A DNA stretch of 63,081 nt, filler included, from Octopus bimaculoides (taxonomy: Eukaryota): NCBI RefSeq assembly GCF_001194135.2. It is 7 parts of 7 records of this genome, joined end to end, with 100 filler letters (N's around TTAATTAATTAA, not from the genome) between each part and the next. Parts side by side here need not be neighbours in the genome. Positions count along the whole stretch, not along the records: positions 40,133 to 56,710 come from NC_069010.1; positions 56,811 to 59,029 come from NC_068983.1; positions 59,130 to 63,081 come from NC_068981.1; 4 more parts are not named here. One strand, given 5' to 3'. Shown in pieces: positions 51,926-63,081 of this stretch. The notes beneath the pieces are model-generated. The model saw nothing but the letters and a program-made list of their open reading frames with translations. It was not told the origin of the DNA and searched no databases. Every line of letters starts with the position of its first letter. Position 1 is the stretch's first letter. The translations under genes were made by a program, and so were the position numbers.

Positions 51926-51968
51926 ACTCTGGACATGTTTCAGCCTTATTAAACCATATCAGTGGAGT
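51926..51968 (-). ncRNA. Degenerate hammerhead-like motif with non-canonical core
   Basis: ACUCCA-CUGAUAU-GGUUU[AAUA]AGGCU-GAAA-C[AU]GUC-CAGAGU. G8 and A9 are altered; the stem I mismatches are explicable by CpG decay of ACUCCG/CGGAGU. Confidence 0.4.
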
Positions 51969-52414
51969 GTAGTCTAGCAGTTATGGCCTGGTCTTAGAAT
52001 GATGAGGGAGGTGATGGATTTTAGAGATTTTTAGGGAATGAATTCTGTGTGGTGGGGTTTCTTCAAAAACATAAATAAAAAGACAAGAGGATGAGAAGTA
52101 GGGTGGGGTGAAAGAGGAACTAACCTGGAGTCACCAGAACAGTAAGGTGACCGCTGAAAGAGCAGTGATGACCCTGTAGGGCCACAGCTTGGTCAAGGTT
52201 TACTAACAATGCGGAAGAGCTCAGTGAGCTCTGAGCAACAATGATGATGGCAACAAACAATAACAACAACAATGAAAGTAAAAAAACCAAAAAAAACCCA
52301 GCAAAAACAAAAAGCAGTACCAGCAACAACAACAACAACAACCATAACATAATTACCACCACCACCACCACCACCACCAACAACAACAAAAACAACAACC
52401 ATAACATAATTACC

Positions 52415-52446
<32 letters not shown>

Positions 52447-52764
52447 CAGAAACAACAGCAAAAACAATGGAACACAGAAAAAAAAGTGAAGATGGAACAG
52501 GATAATAGTAGTGTGTAAATGGTAATGATGATGATGATGATGATGATAATGATGATGTATGTATGGAAAGAAAGAGGGGGGAAGAAAGGGGGGAGATGGG
52601 GGAGGGGAGACTACGTGGAGCTGTTAGAATGTTTCTATAGATTCCTCAGATTTTTTTGTGGCTCTGTCAGTGATACTGTAACTAATTTACTCCAGCAAAT
52701 GTGTGTCTAACTGGTCTAGGTAATATCTATCTATCTATCTATCTCTATTTATCTATCTATATAT

Positions 52765-52796
<32 letters not shown>

Positions 52797-52804
52797 GTCT
52801 ATCC

Positions 52805-52848
<44 letters not shown>

Positions 52849-52852
52849 CTAC

Positions 52853-52883
<31 letters not shown>

Positions 52884-52885
52884 CT

Positions 52886-52924
<39 letters not shown>

Positions 52925-54095
52925 GNNNNNNNNNNNNNNNNNNNNNNNNNNNNNNNNNNNNNNNNNNNNNNNNNNNNNNNNNNNNNNNNNNNNNNNNNNN
53001 NNNNNNNNNNNNNNNNNNNNNNNNNNNNNNNNNNNNNNNNNNNNNNNNNNNNNNNNNNNNNNNNNNNNNNNNNNNNNNNNNNNNNNNNNNNNNNNNNNNN
53101 NNNNNNNNNNNNNNNNNNNNNNNNNNNNNNNNNNNNNNNNNNNNNNNNNNNNNNNNNNNNNNNNNNNNNNNNNNNNNNNNNNNNNNNNNNNNNNNNNNNN
53201 NNNNNNNNNNNNNNNNNNNNNNNNNNNNNNNNNNNNNNNNNNNNNNNNNNNNNNNNNNNNNNNNNNNNNNNNNNNNNNNNNNNNNNNNNNNNNNNNNNNN
53301 NNNNNNNNNNNNNNNNNNNNNNNNNNNNNNNNNNNNNNNNNNNNNNNNNNNNNNNNNNNNNNNNNNNNNNNNNNNNNNNNNNNNNNNNNNNNNNNNNNNN
53401 NNNNNNNNNNNNNNNNNNNNNNNNNNNNNNNNNNNNNNNNNNNNNNNNNNNNNNNNNNNNNNNNNNNNNNNNNNNNNNNNNNNNNNNNNNNNNNNNNNNN
53501 NNNNNNNNNNNNNNNNNNNNNNNNNNNNNNNNNNNNNNNNNNNNNNNNNNNNNNNNNNNNNNNNNNNNNNNNNNNNNNNNNNNNNNNNNNNNNNNNNNNN
53601 NNNNNNNNNNNNNNNNNNNNNNNNNNNNNNNNNNNNNNNNNNNNNNNNNNNNNNNNNNNNNNNNNNNNNNNNNNNNNNNNNNNNNNNNNNNNNNNNNNNN
53701 NNNNNNNNNNNNNNNNNNNNNNNNNNNNNNNNNNNNNNNNNNNNNNNNNNNNNNNNNNNNNNNNNNNNNNNNNNNNNNNNNNNNNNNNNNNNNNNNNNNN
53801 NNNNNNNNNNNNNNNNNNNNNNNNNNNNNNNNNNNNNNNNNNNNNNNNNNNNNNNNNNNNNNNNNNNNNNNNNTATATATATATAGGCACATACATTTAA
53901 TATGATGCACAGATGACTATTTTAATTTAATGTTACTTGAGTTGCACACACCGGGAATTAAAAATAAATATAAACAAACTACTTGATGTTGCCTCCACCA
54001 AATCCCCACACACCGCAGCCCACGAGGCATACCAGGAGAGAACCCCACTCCCCCCATCTTCATTGAAACTTGTCTTGTAATAAATGGCTGATCGT

Positions 54096-54135
54096 ACGTG
54101 ATAGCGTGCTAACGTGATAGCGTGCTAACGTGATA
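54096..54135. repeat. Minisatellite, 16-bp unit ACGTGATAGCGTGCTA x2.5
   Basis: Read directly from the sequence. Confidence 0.9.
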
Positions 54136-55466
54136 AGCTATGTATAAACCGCATGTTTCTACTAAGCCCCCACCACCGCCTGCTTCCATTCTCCCTTCCC
54201 TCTTCGTCAGGAGTCTAAATGATATTAGAGTGAAAGTCAATAGACTAATACATGCCGTTTCTAATTAGTGAAACTCTTTGTTAAAATTAGGTGAGAAATA
54301 CTGGTTTTGACTTTACCGAATTTTGCTGTACTTTTACTGGGTGTGTTTGTTTTTATCTTGTGTAACACACACAAAAATATATATAAAGTTATATAGATTG
54401 GAGCCTGGTACAGCCTCCTGGTTTGCCAGTCCTCTGTCAAACCGTCCAACCCATGCCAGCATGGAAAGCGGATGTTAAACAATGATGATGATACACACAT
54501 ATATAGGCACTTGTGCCGGTGGCACGTGCAAAGACATTCGAGCGAGATCGTTGCCAGTGCCACTGGACTGGCTCCTGTGCAGGTGGCACGTAAAATACAT
54601 CATTTTGAGCGTGGCTGTTGCCAGTACCACCTGACTGGCCCTTGTGCCAGTGACACGTAAAAGCACCCACTACACTCTCCGAGTGGTTGTCGTTAGGAAG
54701 GGCATCCAGCAGTAGAAACTCTGCCAGATAAGATTGGAGCCTGGTGTAGCCATCTGGTTTCACCAGTCCTCAGTCAAATCATCCAACCCATGCTAGCATG
54801 GAAAGCGGACGTTAAACGATGATGATGNNNNNNNNNNNNNNNNNNNNNNNNNNNNNNNNNNNNNNNNNNNNNNNNNNNNNNNNNNNNNNNNNNNNNNNNN
54901 NNNNNNNNNNNNNNNNNNNNNNNNNNNNNNNNNNNNNNNNNNNNNNNNNNNNNNNNNNNNNNNNNNNNNNNNNNNNNNNNNNNNNNNNNNNNNNNNNNNN
55001 NNNNNNNNNNNNNNNNNNNNNNNNNNNNNNNNNNNNNNNNNNNNNNNNNNNNNNNNNNNNNNNNNNNNNNNNNNNNNNNNNNNNNNNNNNNNNNNNNNNN
55101 NNNNNNNNNNNNNNNNNNNNNNNNNNNNNNNNNNNNNNNNNNNNNNNNNNNNNNNNNNNNNNNNNNNNNNNNNNNNNNNNNNNNNNNNNNNNNNNNNNNN
55201 NNNNNNNNNNNNNNNNNNNNNNNNNNNNNNNNNNNNNNNNNNNNNNNNNNNNNNNNNNNNNNNNNNNNNNNNNNNNNNNNNNNNNNNNNNNNNNNNNNNN
55301 NNNNNNNNNNNNGCTTCTTTCAGTTTCCATCTACCAAATCCACTCACAAGGCTTTGGTTGGCCCGAGACTATAGTAGAAGACACTTGCCCAAGGTGCCAC
55401 TGAGTGGGACTAAACCCAGAACCATGTGGTTGGAAAACTTACTACACAGCCACACCTGCATGTATA

Positions 55467-55500
<34 letters not shown>

Positions 55501-55558
55501 CTCACCTTTTATTTTTCTCTCTCTTTATATATGTTACCACACTTTGTGTGTGCATGTG

Positions 55559-55605
<47 letters not shown>

Positions 55606-56600
55606 CATGTAACTATATTATGTGCACACATACACACACATACAGGTATGTGTTCATGCATTTGTGTGTGTGTTTATATAAATTATATATATGTATAAAT
55701 GTAAATATATGTTTGTACACACACACACAACACATGTATGTATAAGCATGTGTGCATACGTGCGTACGTGTGTGTGTGTATGTGTGTGCATATTATATGT
55801 GCAGTCAGTTTGGCGTCGACGATACAGTGCCAAGAAATACCACCAAAGACAAGCCATCTTGAATGTTAGCACCTGATAGTCTGTCGGTTCCTGGGAGAAA
55901 ACGGTAATGGGATAGGGACATGTGATACAACTGGCACACGCCGTCACCCTATACACTCTCAGCTCCCCCTCCAATCAGCTTCGCCACCACCACACTGGGC
56001 CTACTAATGATTTTGCAGCTTCAAACACTACTGGCTTACTAAAAATATATAGACACTCAAATAACACACACACACATACTCACACAATCAAATAACATGT
56101 TTGTGTGTGTACGTGTGTTTTATCTTTTTCTTGTTTCAGTCATTTGACTATGGCCATGCTGGGGCACCACCTTTTAGTCAAACAAATCGACCCTGGACTT
56201 ATTTTGGTTTTTAAAGGCAGGTACGTATTCTGTCAGTCTCTTTAGCCGAACTGCTAAGTTACAGGGACATAAACACACCAACACCAGTTGTCAAGCGATG
56301 GTGTAGAGGACAAACACAGAGACAAAGATACACAAACATACTCATACACACACACATATATGACGGGCTTCTTTTAGTTTCCATTTATCAAATCCACTCA
56401 CAAGCTTTTGGTTGGCCCAAGGCTTTAGTAGAAGACACTTGCCCAAGGTACCATGCAGTGGAACTGAACCCAGAAATGTGTTGTTGGGAACCAAGCTTCT
56501 TACCACAAGGCCACATCTGATATATATATATATATATATATCTATATATATATATATATATATAAAAATCAAAATAAGCAACACGGATTTCAAAGATGAT

Positions 56601-56688
56601 TGCAGTACGCACGTTTCATGCTACTCCATTTATTTAAGTAATGCGAGCATTACATTAAATGCAATATGAAGAGCAATCTTCAGCTGCA
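56601..56688 (-). ncRNA. Type I hammerhead ribozyme motif with very long stem II, near-intact
   Basis: UGCAG-CUGAAGA-UUGCUCUUCAU...GUAAUGC[UC]GCAUUAC...AUGGAGUAGCAU-GAAA-CG[UG]CGU-A-CUGCA. Stem I is a perfect 5 bp; GUA triplet. Confidence 0.8.
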
Positions 56689-57432
56689 CGAAAATGCAGA
56701 AAATTACAGTNNNNNNNNNNNNNNNNNNNNNNNNNNNNNNNNNNNNNNNNNNNNTTAATTAATTAANNNNNNNNNNNNNNNNNNNNNNNNNNNNNNNNNN
56801 NNNNNNNNNNTATATATATATATATATATATATATATGCCTCTGTGTGTGTGTGTGTGTGTGCGTGTGTGTGTATGTCTGTATACGTGTATGTATGTGCG
56901 TGTGAATATTTCATGCCTATATGTTTCTTGTTTGTTACTGTGTAAATTTGTTTATATGTATTAGTGCTTAAAGCGGAAACGCCATGGTTTTCCTGAATCT
57001 TTTGTCACATCAACTGTACTCTTTGACATTCGATAGCTATGTTTCTGATGAATTATATGTTACATAAACTTACAAAAGATACAGAAATATTTAGCTCAAT
57101 CAATAACAACCAAAACATGTATTTTAAATATTTACTTCGATATTTATTAAGAAAACTTAAATCTTACACATTATTAATTCATGACGCCGTTCTGTAGATC
57201 ATATAAAGATTTTCAAATCGAACCTTGATAACAGTATATTTTAATTCTCTTATTGTTATAATATTCAATATTATTGAAAGCTACGTGATGGTAGAATATT
57301 TAGAAGTTCGAATAAATTGATTGTCAACGTATCTGCCAGCTTTTTGCGCTCTACCTTCTGTTGCTACCGGGATCGACTTCTATATTCGTCACTTTAGAGT
57401 CGATAACATAAGTACAAGTTGCGTACTAGGGG

Positions 57433-57681
57433 TAGGGCCTGTGCTACGAAGTGCGGGAACCAATTTGAGAATTGCCAGTGGGGCCCTCAAGCCTACGATT
57501 AATGTGTTATGCTTCATATAGTACCTTAGTCTCAGCTGAAAAGATGAGTCTAGGGTACTATATGAAGCCTCAATGATATTCTAAAAATTCATTTTAGGGC
57601 CTCCGCTTGAGCTTGTGCACGGGGCTTTCTCTTGGTGCGGCGCCTAATTTGAACAAATCTAATTGATTTTAAACCAGGCCC
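57433..57681. mobile_element. Putative hAT-like MITE inserted into a Nin/Deu-like SINE
   Basis: Short inverted ends GGGCCTG..CAGGCCC, flanked by ACTAGGGG (57425-57432) and ACTAGGGT (57682-57689). The SINE sequence resumes after the insert. Confidence 0.5.
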
Positions 57682-58644
57682 ACTAGGGTGTCAATAAAAT
57701 CGGCTTCCTCTTACCTGAAAACACCTGGGTTGGTGTTTAAGTTATAAACCTTATTTGATCCCATTAATCTTTTTTTTTGTTGTTGTTTTGCTCGTATCAG
57801 GCAATTCGTCAAAGATATTCGAACCGTGACATCTCCATCTAAGCATCAGGAATGTATTTTCTAGGTCGACATATTATGTTATTTAAGGCCACCAATTGTT
57901 ATTTTAACGAGACTTGGGTGCTACGGATAGGATCTCAATTAAGCAACCAAATGATCAATCTTTGGATTGAAATATTCATTTTGTATTTTCTTTGCTGCAA
58001 AACCTGACGTTTTTAGCGTAAGTGTTTGATCATTTTCAACGATGATAAAACAAAATATATTCTGTCTTAATACAAACCGTCAAAAATAATAATGTAAATT
58101 CTAACCCATTACGCAACAGTGGTTTCTGTTTTGTGATCATTCCTTTCTTTGAAGCAAAATAGTATCTGTTTTAGTGGAAAACATGTAGTCTAGAAACAAA
58201 AGTAACCTTACTAATAAAATTTAATTCCGGTCCTTAGCTTTGAAACCTCGGAGGTTGGCAGTGGCAGAATTGAAACACGATCATAAAAGAAACAACATAA
58301 CTACTGCACCGTATATGATAGGATGAAGGACGTTTTCTGCCATTTCACTGTCATTAATTTTGCTGTAATGGTATAAAAAAAAGAATGTTATACAATACTG
58401 CAGAAATAAATATATTGTATTTTTTTTAGCTAAATGAAACATTTACACGGGTAATCTAATATTCGTCGCACAACAACGAAAACAAGAACAGTACCAGCAA
58501 AAAAACAAATGTCAGTGACATTAAACAAAGGGAACACTACTTCAGGTTTCATACGATGTTAAGTGTTAGTAATATTTTCCATTCCTTGCTTTTTTGATTT
58601 GAGCGTTCCAATAAAATGTGCGCATCGTTATTTACACACATACT

Positions 58645-58715
<71 letters not shown>

Positions 58716-58997
58716 AAACACGTACAAACACACTCTGACGCATACACACGCGCGCGCAGCCACATGCACACAGACGCACACAGGTAGACATACACACAAA
58801 CACACACACGCACAAATAAACACAAAACATGCACATTCACACAAGCGTGCGCGCACTCCGTTAGAGATAAACACACATTTAAAAACGGAATACGCATACC
58901 CATTGCATTCACGTGGGTAAAAACAGATATGCACACACACACATCTAGACACATATGCATACCTACATATTTAAAGATACATAAATATGCATATGTA

Positions 58998-59029
<32 letters not shown>

Positions 59030-59129
59030 NNNNNNNNNNNNNNNNNNNNNNNNNNNNNNNNNNNNNNNNNNNNTTAATTAATTAANNNNNNNNNNNNNNN
59101 NNNNNNNNNNNNNNNNNNNNNNNNNNNNN

Positions 59130-59174
<45 letters not shown>

Positions 59175-59240
59175 TTGTTAGCTGTCGGGAAAAAGAGTAC
59201 TCAGTACCATAGTAGAGAGCTGTAATATATTTTATTTTGG

Positions 59241-59387
59241 TCGAGTCAGTCTCTTGCTACTCTGAATTTTACCAGTGGGTGCACAAGATCTCCAGGAAAA
59301 TTGTGGCATAACTGCCTTATCTCATAACTTGCCTGAAGACCCTGTACACCCACAGATGACACTCAGAGTAGCAAGAGACTGACTCGA
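59241..59387. repeat. Fold-back element with perfect 25-bp terminal inverted repeats
   Basis: TCGAGTCAGTCTCTTGCTACTCTGA (59241-59265) and TCAGAGTAGCAAGAGACTGACTCGA (59363-59387), plus an inner pair GTGGGTGCACA / TGTACACCCAC. Confidence 0.9.
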
Positions 59388-60165
59388 ATCAAAATCAGAA
59401 ATTGGTTTTGTGTTCATATTCAGGAGTAGTTTCTCTTTATTCAATCGTTTATTTAATTTAATCATTTTAATTGTGTAGAAATCATTTCCTTGCATTGGTA
59501 GATGGAGAAAACAGTGAAGTTCGGTTGTAGATTCTCTCTATGCGTTTGCTTAATGGTATCTGTCTATATCTTCGGAAACAAATCTGTTCCTTATGAAGTG
59601 TAGTTCTCTGTCTAAGGGACATCTTTGTTTGGTTTATATAGTTGTGTCCACATCCTGAACAAAATCATCACAAATTAATTTCACACACACGCATACACAC
59701 ACACATACACTCACACACACACACACATACTCACACACACACATACTCACACACACACACGTACAAACATATATACACATATGTATGCCTGTGCGTGTGT
59801 ATTTATTCTGCGATAGGGAGATGCGATTCCAAGGTCTGCGAAGAATATCCTTTTGTAGACAAAGACAGAAATTCTGCTAATTAAGTATTTTGACTAAAAG
59901 ATTGGAGTTATTTTCGTGATAGGCTCGTTAAACGAGAATCAAAAATGAATACGGTTGAAAGTAGGAATTTATCGGAAGAGGATAAATCTATCAAGAACCA
60001 ACCTCTATGCAGATGACTAGTTGTATAATAACCTGGAGAAAAAAGACAAAAATACCTTACAAATATTAATTAAAAATACAATAGAATAAAAGAATCGGGA
60101 GCAGCAACAATACCATAGGAAGTGATTATGGTTTACAGAAAGAAAAGAGACTTAATATAGATATG

Positions 60166-60233
60166 ATATCTACAGAACCAGTTCTATAATTAGTTAAATA
60201 TATCTACAGAACCAGTTCTATAATTAGTTAAAT
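60166..60233. repeat. 34-bp tandem duplication
   Basis: ATATCTACAGAACCAGTTCTATAATTAGTTAAAT occurs twice. Confidence 0.9.
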
Positions 60234-60976
60234 AGTAACCCAGTGACGATTTTTATTTTCTACTATAGTAACAAGGTCTGGATGTGTCAGGAGGAGGTTA
60301 GTTAATTATACTGACTCCAGTGCTCGATAGGAGCTTGTTTTATTAACCTCGAAAGGATGAAGGGCAAAGTTGGCCTCGGTGGTAATGGCAATACTAAATG
60401 ACATTCCGTCGGTTACAACTACGAGCGTTCTAGTTGATCCGATCAACGGAACAACCTGCTCGTGAAATTAACGTTGAAGTGGTTGAACACTTCTCAAACC
60501 TGCGCACTCATAACGTAGTTCTTAGGAAAATTCAACGTGATACAGAAAGTGACAAGGCTGGCACTTTGAAATACAGGTATTATTTTTGTCACTCTGTAAC
60601 ACTCAAGGCGGCACGAATTTCTGCCACTTTTCGGAATTGCCGACATTTTGGTAGGAACATTTTGCAAGTTAGATTAACTTGTCTCACATGTATTAATTTC
60701 GCTCTTGCTTATTGAATGATTGATGAAACGGTAAATGGCCAACGTCCAACATTAAACATCACATGTTTATTCAGTCATTCATTTTCACTCATTCGTTTAA
60801 TCGTTTGTCTATCCACGAGAGGGATAGGTTACCAACAATTAAAGCACAGATCCTACGAAGGTGTGGTAGGTGACACCTGACAGTGAAGCTTTTTTGTATA
60901 ATTTTCATGTGAAAGGCATGAATTTACGGTTGATATCCGGTTAGAATCTGTTTACTCTATGAGTTCACTGAGAGAG

Positions 60977-61055
<79 letters not shown>

Positions 61056-61073
61056 ACACACACATACACAAAG

Positions 61074-61132
<59 letters not shown>

Positions 61133-61372
61133 CACAAACACATACGTGCATTCATGTATATGAACATACGTGTGCATGTATGCAAACACACCGCAAATAT
61201 ATATTTGACAATGGCACAATACCAGACTGGTTACTTTTGAAAGGTGAGAAAAGCCATGTTTAATTAATGAACTGACGGTGCACTCATACCGTACGCATAG
61301 ACAAAACATACATTCATACACAGTCCAAACCATGTATGTACGTATGTATGTATGTATGTATGTGTGTGTATA

Positions 61373-61431
<59 letters not shown>

Positions 61432-61705
61432 ACATACACACAGCCATTCACAGCCATTCTCTCACAAATGCGCGCGCACACTCATACGAAATTATCTTAT
61501 TATTTTATTTGCTTCGGTCACTGGACTCTGGCCATGAAGGGGGCAACGCCTTTAATCGATCATATCGATTCAAATACACGTTTCAGACACGTACTTAGTT
61601 CATCGATCTATATTCATCAAATGGCTAAGTTACGCTTTTTTTTACACGCCACCGGTTTTTTGAATTGATAATCATACATACACACACACACAAACATATA
61701 CAGAC

Positions 61706-62030
61706 AATAGGCCAGATATTGTTGAATGGAAAAGGGTGCAAAAATATTGCACTGCTGTAAAGATCAGCAGCCTGGCGGATGTGAATGTCTCATCAAAAAT
61801 TAGGGAAGAAAAAAAAACAACATCTAAGTATAACAATAAAAGCACCACAGCTATTATATCCAGGTTATAGCTTTTCATTTGTATAAATTACCATAGGTGC
61901 ACTGGGCTACGTACCAACATATCTACGATATAACATAGAAACGCTGGGTTTCTCCAAAAAAGAACAAAACAAATTGATTCGCATTCTCCAAATTAAGTGA
62001 AAATCTGTAAAACATTCCAGAGCTGAAAAT
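61706..62030 (+). mobile_element. R4/Dong-clade restriction-like endonuclease fragment
   Basis: NRPDIVEWKRVQKYCTAVKISSLADVNVSSKIREE..LLYPGYSFSFV*ITIGALGYV..LGFSKKEQNKLIRILQI..KICKTFQS* is collinear with the 16046-16400 C-terminus. Confidence 0.85.
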
Positions 62031-62051
62031 TATCACACAGTCATATATACA

Positions 62052-62733
62052 CAGGGCCGAATTTATCTTTGGGCCAATATAGGGAATGGCCTAGGGGCCC
62101 CTTCAACTCAGAGAAACCTAAAGCTTGGGTTTAAAAAAAATAAAAAAAGCATTTAGCGCAATCAAATAAATAATTTGCAATTTTTTTTACTTGTTGAATA
62201 TTAAAAAAAGATTAATTTATTGGGTCTCCTGGATTTAAAAATCCATTAAATTTAACTGAGCTTCTTTAAATATACTGAGACCTTTTCAGTTTTGAGGTCT
62301 CTTCAAATTGTTTTGGTTCGTAGACTTAATGGGTCCCTCTTCATTATTTTATGTTTTAAATTAGCTCTGTTTTAAGTAGTGCTTTTTAAAAAAAGTAGTT
62401 TGATCATATGTTTTCTTCTGATATAACGAGGATAGTCAAAATCAACGCATTATCCAAACAAACGAACGAGGCAACATCAACTGGTCAGCAACAATCAGAA
62501 CGTTGGCAATCATTAAACTTATGGAATATGCAAAAATATTTTAGGAAAATACAAAATCGATATGAAATTATGAATGTTCTTTGTATTTAAATTATTTATA
62601 GAGTTATATTTATTTTTACAATGCACATTCTTATTATCAATACCTAAACAACTGAAAATTACATGCGCAAAATCGCAGGGCCCTTCAAAACCTTATTAGC
62701 TTAAGGGCTTCACTAGGTCCCAATCCGGCCCTG
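62052..62733. mobile_element. hAT-like non-autonomous DNA transposon (~680 bp)
   Basis: TIRs CAGGGCCGAATT and the reverse complement of AATCCGGCCCTG; degenerate 8-bp TSD TATATACA / CATATTCA (6 of 8 match); subterminal GGGCCC motifs. Confidence 0.75.
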
Positions 62734-63049
62734 CATATTCATATGGAATCACACGCACATAAGGGTACTAGTTCATCTACACGTACACACATATGCATAT
62801 ACCAACGAATTCTGTTAACCAAAAGTCTCAAGAGTTGTCTTGACTTAAACAAAGAAGCCATGTTACTTTATTAAAGATCGGCTGGAAATCCACAATGGAA
62901 AAAAATATTAAATAAATCCTAAAGAAATATAGATTGATGAACAGAAACATTCATATCTACATAGATACATAAATATATACATATGCTTATATAGATGCAC
63001 ACATACATGCATACATGCATGCACATACGCACACACACACACACACACA

Positions 63050-63081
<32 letters not shown>

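Overview
AT-rich, gap-riddled animal genomic DNA saturated with microsatellites. The SINE and retroelement content suggests a cephalopod such as Octopus (inference, not proven). I find no intact protein-coding gene; almost every ORF in the track comes from microsatellites or N-gaps. The recognisable content is decayed mobile DNA. It includes a Penelope-like element (RT + GIY-YIG) with inverted ends, seven R4/Dong-clade fragments, an RTE-clade LINE lacking its RT core, a CR1-type fragment, a DD34D mariner remnant, a mariner MITE, two hAT-like MITEs, several tRNA-derived SINE families and a 5S rRNA fragment. The main unexpected signal is about ten minimal type I hammerhead-ribozyme-like motifs from unrelated sequence families, three of them nearly intact. 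Among them is a ~300-bp element, present twice, that fuses a tRNA-derived Pol III head to a hammerhead-bearing Penelope-type tail: a candidate ribozyme-carrying SINE mobilised by Penelope-like elements. Two diverged tandem repeats with one hammerhead-like motif per unit resemble retrozymes. All structures were folded and aligned by eye; none were computed or searched.
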